The translations under genes and the position numbers were made by a program. The notes beneath the pieces are model-generated. The model did no database searches, was not told where the DNA came from, and saw only the letters and a program-made list of their open reading frames with translations. Shown one piece after another: positions 9,129-18,836 of a stretch of 64,000 nucleotides of DNA; within the stretch, counting starts at the first letter, position 1, and every line of letters begins with the position of its first letter. Source of the stretch: Candidatus Eiseniibacteriota bacterium (lineage in GTDB: Bacteria; Eisenbacteria; RBG-16-71-46); the NCBI GenBank assembly GCA_963717505.1, contig OY970342.1, positions 2,464,001 to 2,528,000 on the forward strand. The letters are read 5' to 3'.

Positions 9129-11428
9129 AGGCCGTCGCCATCGGCGGCGGGCCGGCCGGCCTGTTCTTCGCATTGCTTTTGAAGAAGGCCAACCCGAAGC
9201 ACGACGTGTCGGTCTATGAGCGGAACCGGCTCGATGACACCTTCGGCTTCGGCGTCGTGTTCTCGGATGCGACCGAGGAGGCACTCGCCCAGGCCGATCC
9301 CGAGACCATCGCCGCGATGGCGGCGGCCTGCCACCGCTGGGACGACATCGAAATCCACTATCGGGGTGAGATGCTGACCTCGACCGGCCACGGTTTCTCG
9401 GGTCTATCGCGGCGAACCTTGCTCGAGATCCTGGCCGGCCGATGCCGGGCCGCAGGTGTCCACCTGTGCTTCGAGCGCGAGATCAAAGACCCCGAGTCGC
9501 TGCGCGACGCCGATCTGGTGTTCGCTGCAGACGGCGTCAACTCGATGGTGCGCGAGCGCTATCGCGAACACTTCCAGCCGGTGATCGACACCCGACCCAA
9601 CAAGTTCGTGTGGCTGGGCACCACCCGGCCGTTCCCGGCGTTCACCTTCTATTTCAAGCCCACCGAACACGGCCTGTGGCGGGTGCACGCCTACCAGTAC
9701 GAGCCGGGCGCCTCGACCTTCATCGTCGAGGCGCGCGACGAGACCTGGCGCGCCGCGGGGCTCGAACGCGCGAGCGAAGCCGACACGATCGCGTTCTGCG
9801 AGCGGCTGTTCGCCGAGGAACTCGACGGTCACCGGTTGGTCTCGAATCGCTCGGTGTGGCGCAGCTTCCCGACCATCCGCAATCAGCACTGGCATCACGG
9901 CAACCTCGTGCTCGCCGGCGACGCCGCGCACACAGCGCACTTTTCGGTGGGTTCGGGGACCAAGCTGGCGATGGAGGACGCGATCGCACTGGTCGCCGCC
10001 CTCGGCGCGCACCGCGACATCCCGGAGGCGCTTGCCGCCTACGAGGCGGTTCGCCGCCCGGGGGTCGAAAGTCTCCAGCGCGCGGCGCAGGCCAGTCTTC
10101 AGTGGTTCGAGGACACCGAGCGCTACATGGATCTCGAGCCGATCCAGTTCGCGTTCACGCTGCTCACGCGCAGCCTGCGGGTCACGCACCAGAATCTGAA
10201 GGTGCGCGATCCCAAGTTCGTCGCCCAGGTCGATGAGTGGTTCGCCGATCGGGCCGACCGACAGGTGGCAGGTAAGAGCGGTTCTTCCGGCGTGAAAGGA
10301 GAGGCCGTTGGCAAGATCTCGGCGGGCACACCGCCCGGGCGCGTGCCGCCCCCGATGTTCACGCCGTTTCGCTTGCGCGACCTGCTGCTCGAGAACCGCG
10401 TCGTGGTCTCGCCGATGTGCCAATACTCGGCCGAGGACGGCATGCCCGACGACTGGCACCTCGTGCATTTGGGTGCGCGCGCGGTGGGCGGCGCCGGGCT
10501 GGTCTACGCCGAGATGACCGACGTCAGCCGTGACGGCCGCATCTCGCCGGGCTGCACCGGCCTCTACAAGCCCGAGCACGTGCCGGCGTGGAAGCGCATC
10601 GTCGACTTCGTGCACGGGAACACCCGCGCCAAGATGGGGATCCAGCTCGGGCACGCCGGCCGCAAAGGGTCGACTCGTTTGTCGTGGGAGGGCGACGTCG
10701 AGCCGCTGATCGCCGAGAACTGGCCGATCGTCTCGGCCTCGGCCATTCCGTGGCGGCCCCACAGCCAGGTGCCGAAGGAGATGACCCGCGCCGACATGGA
10801 TGGGGTGATCGCCGACCACGTGCGCGCCGCGGGCTACGCACTCGAAGCCGGCTTCGACCTGCTCGAAATCCACATGGCGCACGGCTATTTGCTGGCGAGC
10901 TTCATCTCGCCGCTCACCAACCGTCGCACCGACGAGTACGGGGGTACGATCGAGAACCGCATGCGTTTCCCGCTCATGGTGTTCGATGCGGTGCGCGCCG
11001 CGTGGCCCCAGCACCAGCCGATGTCGGTGCGCATCTCGGCGGTCGACTGGTTCCCGGGTGGCCACGACCCGGCCGATGCGGTCGATGTCGCGCGCCTGCT
11101 CGCCGAACACGGCTGCGACATCGTCGACGTCTCGGCCGGGCAAACCGTGCCCGATCAGCAACCGATCTACGGACGGATCTTCCAGACCCCATTCGCCGAT
11201 CGCATTCGCCACGAAGCCGGGATCGCGACCATGGCGGTCGGCAACATCTCGTCGTACGCGGACGTCAACACCATCCTCGCGGCGGGCCGGGCCGATCTGT
11301 GCCTGCTCGCGCGCGCTCATTTGTGGGATCCCTACTGGACCCGACACGCCGCCTACGAACTCGGCTGGCCACTGGCCTGGCCCGATCCCTACGAGTCCCT
11401 GAACACGTTTCGGCCGCGGTTCACCTAG
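9125..11428 (+). CDS. abmA: Bifunctional anthraniloyl(2-aminobenzoyl)-CoA / salicylyl-CoA monooxygenase-reductase
   Basis: FAD monooxygenase N-half ([40 protein letters not shown]) fused to an old-yellow-enzyme C-half ([32 protein letters not shown]). Confidence 0.92.
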   Translation: MKAVAIGGGPAGLFFALLLKKANPKHDVSVYERNRLDDTFGFGVVFSDATEEALAQADPETIAAMAAACHRWDDIEIHYRGEMLTSTGHGFSGLSRRTLLEILAGRCRAAGVHLCFEREIKDPESLRDADLVFAADGVNSMVRERYREHFQPVIDTRPNKFVWLGTTRPFPAFTFYFKPTEHGLWRVHAYQYEPGASTFIVEARDETWRAAGLERASEADTIAFCERLFAEELDGHRLVSNRSVWRSFPTIRNQHWHHGNLVLAGDAAHTAHFSVGSGTKLAMEDAIALVAALGAHRDIPEALAAYEAVRRPGVESLQRAAQASLQWFEDTERYMDLEPIQFAFTLLTRSLRVTHQNLKVRDPKFVAQVDEWFADRADRQVAGKSGSSGVKGEAVGKISAGTPPGRVPPPMFTPFRLRDLLLENRVVVSPMCQYSAEDGMPDDWHLVHLGARAVGGAGLVYAEMTDVSRDGRISPGCTGLYKPEHVPAWKRIVDFVHGNTRAKMGIQLGHAGRKGSTRLSWEGDVEPLIAENWPIVSASAIPWRPHSQVPKEMTRADMDGVIADHVRAAGYALEAGFDLLEIHMAHGYLLASFISPLTNRRTDEYGGTIENRMRFPLMVFDAVRAAWPQHQPMSVRISAVDWFPGGHDPADAVDVARLLAEHGCDIVDVSAGQTVPDQQPIYGRIFQTPFADRIRHEAGIATMAVGNISSYADVNTILAAGRADLCLLARAHLWDPYWTRHAAYELGWPLAWPDPYESLNTFRPRFT

Positions 11429-11475
11429 ACATTTCGTGCCGCGACGCCAGTCGCCGCGGCGCAGGAGATCGGACG

Positions 11476-12252
11476 ATGACCGTCACCTACGGCAGTTACC
11501 TCAGACTCGACGAGCTGCTCGCGCAGCAGCAGCCGCTCTCGGACGAACACGACGAGATGCTGTTCATCGTCATCCACCAGGTCTACGAGCTGTGGTTCAA
11601 GGAACTGCTGCACGAAATCGATTATCTGAAGAAGATGCTGGAGGCCGGCGACGAGCCGCGCGCGCTGCACACGTTCAAGCGCATCCTGACCATCCTCAAG
11701 GTCGTGGTCGCCCAGATCGACGTGCTCGAAACCATGACCCCGCTCGAGTTCCTGTCGTTCCGCAACCGACTCGAAAGCGGGAGCGGATTCCAGTCGTTCC
11801 AGTTCCGCGAGCTGGAGTTCGTGCTCGGCGCGAAAGACCCGGCGGCGCTCGAGCGCTACCCGAATGGCAGCGCTGCGCGCGGACGACTCGAACGGCGTGT
11901 GGCGGAGCCGACGCTGTGGGACTCGTTCCTGCGCTACCTGGTGTTGCGCGGGCATCCGGTGCCGCGCATGCAGCTCCAGCGCGACGTGCGCCAGCCGGTG
12001 GCGGCCGCGCCCGAGTTGGAGCCGCTGCTGCTGGACCTCTATCGTAGGGACTCGATGGTCCGCACGCTGTGCGAACGACTGGTCGACCTCGACGAAGGCA
12101 TCCAGGAATGGCGCTACCGGCACGTCAAAATGGTGCAGCGCACGATCGGCACGCGGCGCGGCACGGGAGGGTCGGCGGGCGCGGACTACTTGATGCAAAC
12201 GATCAATCGACCGATGTTTCCCGACCTATGGAGCATTCGGACGCAATTCTAG
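11476..12252 (+). CDS. kynA: Tryptophan 2,3-dioxygenase
   Basis: TYGSYLRLDELL, HDEMLFIVIHQVYELWFK, SGFQSFQFR, WRYRHVKMVQRTIG..RGTGGSAG. RBS AGGAGA. Confidence 0.95.
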   Translation: MTVTYGSYLRLDELLAQQQPLSDEHDEMLFIVIHQVYELWFKELLHEIDYLKKMLEAGDEPRALHTFKRILTILKVVVAQIDVLETMTPLEFLSFRNRLESGSGFQSFQFRELEFVLGAKDPAALERYPNGSAARGRLERRVAEPTLWDSFLRYLVLRGHPVPRMQLQRDVRQPVAAAPELEPLLLDLYRRDSMVRTLCERLVDLDEGIQEWRYRHVKMVQRTIGTRRGTGGSAGADYLMQTINRPMFPDLWSIRTQF

Positions 12253-12279
12253 GCCGACACACAACAGGAGGTTCGAAGC

Positions 12280-12501
12280 ATGAACAAGTCCCTGCGGTTG
12301 CTGCCCACTCTCTTGCTCTTTGCCACGTCCGCGCACGCGCATGATGGCCATGGTGTTGTGGAGCGGTCGGGGTCGTGGCTCCACTACGTGCTCGAACCGG
12401 TGCACCTGCCAGTGACACTGCTCGCGGTCGGGATCTTGCTGGTCGGCGGTCGCTGGACGTTCCGGCGCCTCGAACGATCGATGTCCTCCCGCCGCCGTTG
12501 A
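12280..12501 (+). CDS. Small secreted/membrane protein with His-rich N-terminus (HupE/UreJ N-terminus-like)
   Basis: Strong RBS (AGGAGG), signal peptide ending AHA, then HDGHG..SWLHYVLEPVH and one TM helix. Stop overlaps the kynU TTG. Confidence 0.65.
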   Translation: MNKSLRLLPTLLLFATSAHAHDGHGVVERSGSWLHYVLEPVHLPVTLLAVGILLVGGRWTFRRLERSMSSRRR

Positions 12502-13733
12502 CGCACCCGTCGCCGGCCGCTGGGGCCGTGCATTCCATCGAGTCATTGGCGCGCGACACCAACTCGCTCGCCCCTCTCTACTCTCGGTTCCGCGTCGCCG
12601 ATCGGCTGCTGCTGACCGGCCACTCTCATCAGGCGTGGCCGGACGTGGCGTTCGAGGGCCAGAATCAAGCATGGCTCGATGCCGCTGAATTCGTGGACGA
12701 AAAGTGGTTGCGCGCCGAGCAACAGGCCGACGCGGTTCGCGCGGGGTTCGCGCGGCTGCTCGACGATCGCGACGGCCTGATCGCGCTCGGCACCAGCACC
12801 CACGAGCTGGTGATCCGCTTCCTGTCGGCGCTGCCGCTCGAGCAACGGCCGCGGCTGGTGACCACCGACGGCGAGTTCCACACGCTGCGCCGTCAGCTCG
12901 ATCGTTTCGCCGAGACCGGGCGCATCGAGGTAGTCAAGGTTCCGGCGCTGCCGGCAGCGACCGCTGCCGATCGCCTGGCCGCCGCCGTCAACGATCGCAC
13001 GGCCGCGGTGCTGGCTTCTTCGGTCCTGTTCGCCAATTCGCACATGGTGCCCGGCCTCGGCCGCGTACTCGAGGCCTGCCGCAAGGTCGGAGCGGAGCTC
13101 TTGGTCGACGTCTATCACCAGCTCAATGTCGTCCCGGTGTCGGTGGAGCGAGAACACCTCGGCGGCGCGTTCGTGGTCGGCGGCGGCTACAAGTACTGCC
13201 AGCTCGGCGAGGGCAATTGCTTCCTGCGCGTCCCGCCCGGGCGCGACGAGCTGGCGCCGGTGATCACCGGATGGTTCAGCGAGTTCGGACGCCTCGCCCA
13301 ACGCCCGGAAGGCGCCGTGCCTTACGGGGAAGGTGCCGCACGCTGGGCGGGGGCGACTTACGACCCGACCAGCCACTATCGCGCCGCGCGAGTCTTCAAC
13401 TTCTTCGAGGCGCAGTCGCTATCGCCCGAGTTCCTGCGTGCGGTCAGCCAGAGCCAGATCGGCGTCCTGGCGTCGGCGTTCGATTCGCTCGACCTCGATC
13501 CCAGGATCGTCACGCGCGATCGCGACACGCCGCTCGCGGCAATTGGTGGATTCCTGGCGCTCATCAGTCCGCACGCAGAGGAGCTCTCACTCTTGTTGCG
13601 CGCGCGGGGTGTGGCCACCGACGTACGCGGCCCGCTGCTCAGGCTCGGTCCAGCGCCGTACCTGTCGGACTCACAACTGCGCGACGCGATCGCGGTGCTC
13701 GGCACGGTCGTGCGGCAGGACTTGGCGCGCTAG
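12498..13733 (+). CDS. kynU: Kynureninase
   Basis: LLTGHSHQAWP, DGEFHT, VDVYH, GGYKYCQLGEG (PLP Lys), TGWF, LRLGPAPY; next to kynA. Start is TTG 12498 or GTG 12528. Confidence 0.85.
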   Translation: MTHPSPAAGAVHSIESLARDTNSLAPLYSRFRVADRLLLTGHSHQAWPDVAFEGQNQAWLDAAEFVDEKWLRAEQQADAVRAGFARLLDDRDGLIALGTSTHELVIRFLSALPLEQRPRLVTTDGEFHTLRRQLDRFAETGRIEVVKVPALPAATAADRLAAAVNDRTAAVLASSVLFANSHMVPGLGRVLEACRKVGAELLVDVYHQLNVVPVSVEREHLGGAFVVGGGYKYCQLGEGNCFLRVPPGRDELAPVITGWFSEFGRLAQRPEGAVPYGEGAARWAGATYDPTSHYRAARVFNFFEAQSLSPEFLRAVSQSQIGVLASAFDSLDLDPRIVTRDRDTPLAAIGGFLALISPHAEELSLLLRARGVATDVRGPLLRLGPAPYLSDSQLRDAIAVLGTVVRQDLAR

Positions 13734-13750
13734 GACTCGCGGCCGCGCGG

Positions 13751-14305
13751 TTACCCGGCGGTCGCGGTGCGCTTGAGACGGGACGCGTACTTGGCGCGCA
13801 GCTTCGCCATCTTGGGCCCGATCGTGGCCGCGCAGTAAGGCTGGGTCGGATTCTGCCGGTAGTAGCCCTGGTGATACTCCTCCGCCGGGTAGAACGTGCC
13901 GAGCGGTTCGACTTCGGTCACGATCGGCTTCGGAAACACGTCTTCGGCAGTCAGCGCCGAGATCACCTCGCGCGCAGTCCGTTCCTGTTCGGGCGAGTGG
14001 GTGTAGATCGCCGAGCGGTACTGGGTGCCGACGTCGGCGCCCTGACGGTTGAGCGTGGTCGGGTCGTGAAACGCGAAGAACAGCTCGAGCAGGTCCCGGT
14101 ACGAGATCTTCGCCGGGTCGAACGTCACCTGTACGACCTCGGCGTGCCCCGTGGTTCCGGCACACACTTCCTTGTAACTCGGGTTCGAGGTCCGTCCGCC
14201 GGCGTAGCCGGAGACCACGCCCAACACCCCCTCGAGCGGTTCGAACACCGCCTCGAGGCACCAGAAGCAGCCACCGGCCAATGTCGCGACTTCATGCGTA
14301 GCCAT
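13751..14305 (-). CDS. msrA: Peptide-methionine (S)-S-oxide reductase
   Basis: [41 protein letters not shown]. Confidence 0.96.
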   Translation of the reverse strand: MATHEVATLAGGCFWCLEAVFEPLEGVLGVVSGYAGGRTSNPSYKEVCAGTTGHAEVVQVTFDPAKISYRDLLELFFAFHDPTTLNRQGADVGTQYRSAIYTHSPEQERTAREVISALTAEDVFPKPIVTEVEPLGTFYPAEEYHQGYYRQNPTQPYCAATIGPKMAKLRAKYASRLKRTATAG

Positions 14306-14394
14306 GACATTCCTCCAACCTCGACCCAGGTAACCCCGTGCGGCAACACGATAACGCAACCGGAGGGGAGATGTGACCGAGGGGGGACGGCGGC

Positions 14395-15189
14395 TTACGC
14401 GGCGCGACGGACGTGCTTGAGCATCTCGTGGTGATGGTGGGTCTTGAGCACGGTCGCGGCGCAATGCTCGGCGAACGAAGCGAGCATCTTCAGGTGCATG
14501 TCGCTGAACGGCTCGCCGGTGGTGCGCGAGACGCTGACCACGCCGATCGGCTGTCCACGGAAGCGCATCGGGACGCACAGCCCGCCGACGATCTTGCGCC
14601 CCTGCTTGCGGTGCTCGTTGAATCGCTTGGCCATCAGTTCCGGCGTGAGATTCAGAGCTTCGCCGGTCGAGAAAACGGTGCCCGCGACACCTTCACCGGG
14701 TTTCACCTGGCCGCCGAGCACCAAGCCGGTGTCGACGCCCGACGCCGCCTTGACCTCGAGCATTCCGGTCGCCTCGTCGTGGAGCATGATCGACGCCTGG
14801 TGCGCATCCAGGCAGGGAATCAGCCGCTGGGCCGCCATGTCGAGCATGCCCTGCAGGTCGAGCCGCAGCTGGAGCTGCGTGCTGGTATCGAACAGGAACG
14901 AAAGCTCGCCGAAGCGGGCCTGTAGCGACGCCTCGCGCACCGCCATGTCGCGCAACTGGGTCTCGAGCTCGGCCAATTGGCGGAACCGGTAGTGGTTGTA
15001 GAGCACGAACAACAGCACCAGCCCGACCAGCCCGACCAGGGTTGGCCAGCGTTGCCCGAAGTTCCACGTGGCCGACTCGCCGTTCCAGCTCATCAGGATG
15101 AGTGCCCCGCACATGGCGGCCATGACCACGCCGCCGAGCGTGGCGATCCGGTTGCGCTGGCGTTCGACCTTCTCGAAACCCTGGGACAT
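14395..15189 (-). CDS. Two-TM membrane protein with coiled coil and C-terminal GAF domain
   Basis: Two hydrophobic helices, a heptad segment, then GAF motifs ([28 protein letters not shown]). Confidence 0.75.
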   Translation of the reverse strand: MSQGFEKVERQRNRIATLGGVVMAAMCGALILMSWNGESATWNFGQRWPTLVGLVGLVLLFVLYNHYRFRQLAELETQLRDMAVREASLQARFGELSFLFDTSTQLQLRLDLQGMLDMAAQRLIPCLDAHQASIMLHDEATGMLEVKAASGVDTGLVLGGQVKPGEGVAGTVFSTGEALNLTPELMAKRFNEHRKQGRKIVGGLCVPMRFRGQPIGVVSVSRTTGEPFSDMHLKMLASFAEHCAATVLKTHHHHEMLKHVRRAA

Positions 15190-15290
15190 GTTGGGGATCT
15201 CCGACCCACGGAAAATGTGGGCTCGATCGGTTATCGGTCGAAGCGCAGGCGAACTTGAGTGGCGGGCCGGGCGCTGCGCAGGTGTGGGAG

Positions 15291-15317
15291 GGGGTAGCGA
15301 GCGAACCTCGCTACCCC
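15291..15317 (-). terminator. Perfect 11-bp stem-loop downstream of the BON gene (terminator-like, no U tract)
   Basis: GGGGTAGCGAG-CGAAC-CTCGCTACCCC, about 40 nt after the stop at 15355. Confidence 0.55.
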
Positions 15318-15354
15318 TTGTCCCGTTTATCGGCTTCGGTGGAACGAACCTACG

Positions 15355-16410
15355 TCACTTCTGACTGGTCTGCGGACCCTCCATGAGCAGATCGTTCTGG
15401 ACCCGCGCGACGCCCGGAGTCGCGCGCGCGATTGCCACAACGGCGTATCGATCAGAGGCCCGCTGAACCGTGCCGGTCAGGCGCGCCGTCCCGGCTTTGA
15501 CCTCGACCTTCACGTTCGCGCCCTCAATCTTCGCATCGGTGATCCGCTGGCGAACGGCGGATTCCACCTGATCGTCCTTCGCGGTCGCCTGCTTCTTCTG
15601 CGACGCCGCGACCACACGCAGCTCGCGGTTCACCGACTTGACGCCTGCCACTTCGCTCGCCACGCGGACCGCCTTGTCCGAGATCGCTTTGGTCGGCACG
15701 GTGCCGAACAGGGTCACGACGCCTCGGCGGGTGTCCACATTGATGTCGCTCGCCGGGATGTCGGCGTCCGTCATGAAACGCATCTTGGTCTGAGCGGTGA
15801 TCCATCCGTCCGTCACCGCGTTCCTGCTCGCAGGATCGGCCGGCGTGTCGTCATACCAGATTTCGCGATCACTGAACTCGTCCGGGCTTTCGATCTCCGA
15901 GGCGACCTGACGAACGCCCGGAACGACGGAGGCCACTTCGAGTGCCAGCAGGTGATCGGACAGAGTGTTGGCCTTGCCCGCCAGCAGCACCACGCCTTTG
16001 TTGACCGACTTGGTCTGGATCGAGCTGTTGGCGAGTGCCGGCTCGGCCTTCAGGGCGGCATTCACTTCATCCTTGAGTCGGTCGTCGGCGACCTCGACGC
16101 TCTTTTGCCGGCTGTCGGGCACCACCTGGAGCAGGTTGCGAACCGACACGACGCCGGTGCCGGCGCGCGCGATCCGCTCGGCTTCCGTCTTCTCGGCGTT
16201 CGAGGGGACCTTGCCATGCAGCGTCACGCGGCCTTCGTCGGTGTCGACGTCGATCGGGAACCCGCTGACCATCGGCGAGTTCAAGAGCAACATCTTCACT
16301 TTGGCCGAGACCCACGCGTCCGACACGCCCGCCTGAGCCGGAATAGCCCCGATGACGAGCATCGCGGCCAAGCAGGCCATGAGCATCCACGGTTGCATCT
16401 TCGAATTCAT
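15355..16410 (-). CDS. Periplasmic protein with four BON domains (OsmY-like)
   Basis: RBS AGGAGA, signal peptide (AQA), four repeats starting SDAWV/ADDRL/TDGWI/KDDQV, each with a GxVxLxG..GV..V.N.L pattern. Confidence 0.88.
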   Translation of the reverse strand: MNSKMQPWMLMACLAAMLVIGAIPAQAGVSDAWVSAKVKMLLLNSPMVSGFPIDVDTDEGRVTLHGKVPSNAEKTEAERIARAGTGVVSVRNLLQVVPDSRQKSVEVADDRLKDEVNAALKAEPALANSSIQTKSVNKGVVLLAGKANTLSDHLLALEVASVVPGVRQVASEIESPDEFSDREIWYDDTPADPASRNAVTDGWITAQTKMRFMTDADIPASDINVDTRRGVVTLFGTVPTKAISDKAVRVASEVAGVKSVNRELRVVAASQKKQATAKDDQVESAVRQRITDAKIEGANVKVEVKAGTARLTGTVQRASDRYAVVAIARATPGVARVQNDLLMEGPQTSQK

Positions 16411-16852
16411 TACGTTTCTCCTTCGATTTCGCGCTACGCGCTCGTCGCGGATTGCGACGGGACGCAAGGCGCTGGGAACTTGATCACGAGGCCGAGCGAG
16501 TAATCGGCGGTGGGGCTCGCAAATCGGTGATGTGGGCTGGTAGGCGTCCTTGCGGATCGGGGACATCACCGCCATCCCAACCAGGTCGTTTGTTACAACG
16601 ACCATGTAGGTTCTAGGGCATCAGCGACATGGCACGCCCCATTCCGGCGCTAACCGACTGTGAATGCACCACTCCTGTAATTGCCTTGGGCTCGGCGCGC
16701 AAGGTATCCGCAAGAAGCAGGCCAACAGTGGCTTGGCGGTGGAGTGTGTCGGCATCGCGGCTTGACTCGCCGCCGCGCGCCGCTGAGAGTGCGAACGCAG
16801 AACGATCCTTCTGCGATGGACCGATCGAGGAGCGCCTGGCCATGGGAGGCCG

Positions 16853-18130
16853 ATGATGAACTCGATTCTCGCTCCCGACATTCTCGGCCAGATCGACGAA
16901 ATCAGCTCGGCGGACGTCATCGTCGGCATTCCTTCGTTCAACAACGCGCGCACGATCGGGCATGTGGTTCACGCGGCGGTCACCGGGCTTGCGAAGTACT
17001 TTCCGGACCTGCGCACGGTCCTGGTCAATTCCGACGGTGGCTCGACCGACGGCACCGCCGATGTGGTCGCGGGATCCGAGTTAGGGGGCGCCCAGGCGCT
17101 GCTGCTGCGCCGCGAGGCGCGGCCCGTGCGCAAGGTGATCACTGCGTACCAGGGAATTCCCGGCAAGGGCAGTGCCTTTCGTACGATCTTCGAGATCGCG
17201 CACCGGCTGGGGGCCAGGGCCTGCGTGGTCGTCGACAGCGATCTGCGCAGCATCACGCCCGAATGGTTCGAGCTGTTGCTCGGTCCGGTTCTGCACGACG
17301 GCTTCGACTACGTCTGTCCGCTCTATTCGCGGCACAAGTACGACGGCACGATCACCAACTCGATCGTCTACCCGCTGGTGCGCTCCCTTTACGGCTCGCG
17401 CATCCGACAGCCGATCGGTGGCGACTTCGGCTTCTCCGGCGCGCTCGCCGGGCACTTCCTCGAGCACGACGTGTGGAACACGGATGTCGCGCGCTTCGGC
17501 ATCGACATCTGGATGACCACGACCGCGCTGGTCGGCCGGTTCAAAGTGTGCCAGTCGTATCTCGGGGCCAAGATTCACGACGCCAAGGACCCCGGCGCCC
17601 ACCTGAGCGCGATGCTCATGCAGGTCACCGGCGCGCTGTTCGAGCAGCTCGAGACCCACGAGCGGTTCTGGCAGCCGATCCGGGGATCGGAGGCGGTGCC
17701 GCAGTTCGGTTTTCACTACGCGGTGGGTCTCGAGCCGGTCCCGGTCCAGGTCGCGCGCATGGTGCACGCGTACCGCCAGGGAATTCAGGAGTTCTCCAGC
17801 ATCTATCAGAAATTCCTGTCGGAGGCGACGCGGTCCGAGCTCGAGGAAGTCGCGCGTCAGCCCGACGACGCGTTCCACATGCCGGCCGAGGTCTGGGTGC
17901 GCGTGGTCTACGAATTCGCGGCGGCGGCGCACCACCGGCGCTTGCCCAGCGAACATTTGCTGCCGACGCTGACGCCTTTGTATCTGGGCCGAACCGCCTC
18001 TTGGGTGCACCAGGCGGCGGAGTTCGGCTCCGCGGAAGTCGAACACGAGCTGGATGCTCTGGGCCAGCGCTTCGAAGAGTGGAAGCCATGGTTCGTGGAG
18101 CGCTGGCATGAAGGGAGGAGTACCCAATGA
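16853..18130 (+). CDS. ggs: One-step glucosylglycerate/mannosylglycerate synthase-like glycosyltransferase (Ggs-type)
   Basis: ADVIVGIPSFNN, NSDGGSTDGT, GIPGKGSA, VDSDLRSITPEW, RHKYDGTITN, RQPIGGDF, FGIDIWMT; context with gpgS/gpgP. Confidence 0.75.
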   Translation: MMNSILAPDILGQIDEISSADVIVGIPSFNNARTIGHVVHAAVTGLAKYFPDLRTVLVNSDGGSTDGTADVVAGSELGGAQALLLRREARPVRKVITAYQGIPGKGSAFRTIFEIAHRLGARACVVVDSDLRSITPEWFELLLGPVLHDGFDYVCPLYSRHKYDGTITNSIVYPLVRSLYGSRIRQPIGGDFGFSGALAGHFLEHDVWNTDVARFGIDIWMTTTALVGRFKVCQSYLGAKIHDAKDPGAHLSAMLMQVTGALFEQLETHERFWQPIRGSEAVPQFGFHYAVGLEPVPVQVARMVHAYRQGIQEFSSIYQKFLSEATRSELEEVARQPDDAFHMPAEVWVRVVYEFAAAAHHRRLPSEHLLPTLTPLYLGRTASWVHQAAEFGSAEVEHELDALGQRFEEWKPWFVERWHEGRSTQ

Positions 18131-18828
18131 ACTCGGACTATTCTTCGATCTGGGCACCGCTCGAGCGGTTCCTGGAGCGCAGCGCGGCGCTGGTGCCGGT
18201 GATGATCGCCGTGCTGGTCGTCCTGTCCGCCGGGCTGGTGGTGGCGCTGTTGCTCGAGAACCTGGTGCGCTGGCTTTTGAACTCCATCGGCTTCGACCGC
18301 CTCGGGCGCGGCCGGCACGTGGCCGAGGTGTTGCGCCGTACCAGCCTCCGACAGACCCCGTCGGCCATGGCGGGGCAAGTGGTTCGCTGGCTGGTGGTGG
18401 TGTTCACGCTGCTCGGTGCGTTGTCGATCCTGAGCGCCGAGGCGACCGACACCGTGCTGACCGCGATGGTCCACTACCTGCCGCGTCTGGCGGCGGGACT
18501 GTTGCTGATCGCCCTGGGCTGGGCGGTGGGCACGTTCGCGACCCGCAGCGTATTGATCTGGGCGGTCAACTCGCGACTCCAGGGCGGGCCGTGGCTCGCG
18601 GCCGGCGTACGGATTCTGGTCAGCGTGTTCTTCCTGGCGCTGGCGCTCGAGAACCTGGGTTTCGGGCGCGACATCGCGCTGGTGGTGCTCGCCATCCTGC
18701 TCGGGGGCGGCGTGCTCGCGGCGGCATTGGCGTTCGGTCTCGCGGGCAAGGACCTGGCGCACACCTACCTCGAGAAGATGACGCGCGATCTGTCGGAGGA
18801 AGATCGCGACACGTTGTCGCACTTGTAG
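18127..18828 (+). CDS. Conserved TM-helix protein (CmpX / MscS transmembrane region-like)
   Basis: Several TM helices with YLPRLAAGLLLIALGW and ALAFGLAGKDLA motifs. No cytoplasmic MscS beta domain. Confidence 0.7.
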   Translation: MNSDYSSIWAPLERFLERSAALVPVMIAVLVVLSAGLVVALLLENLVRWLLNSIGFDRLGRGRHVAEVLRRTSLRQTPSAMAGQVVRWLVVVFTLLGALSILSAEATDTVLTAMVHYLPRLAAGLLLIALGWAVGTFATRSVLIWAVNSRLQGGPWLAAGVRILVSVFFLALALENLGFGRDIALVVLAILLGGGVLAAALAFGLAGKDLAHTYLEKMTRDLSEEDRDTLSHL

Positions 18829-18836
18829 GCCTGGCC

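Noticed and set aside
16630-16645. TGGCAC-containing sigma54-like site upstream of ggs
   Set aside because: Reads TGGCACGCCCCATTCC; no GC at the required GG-N10-GC spacing.
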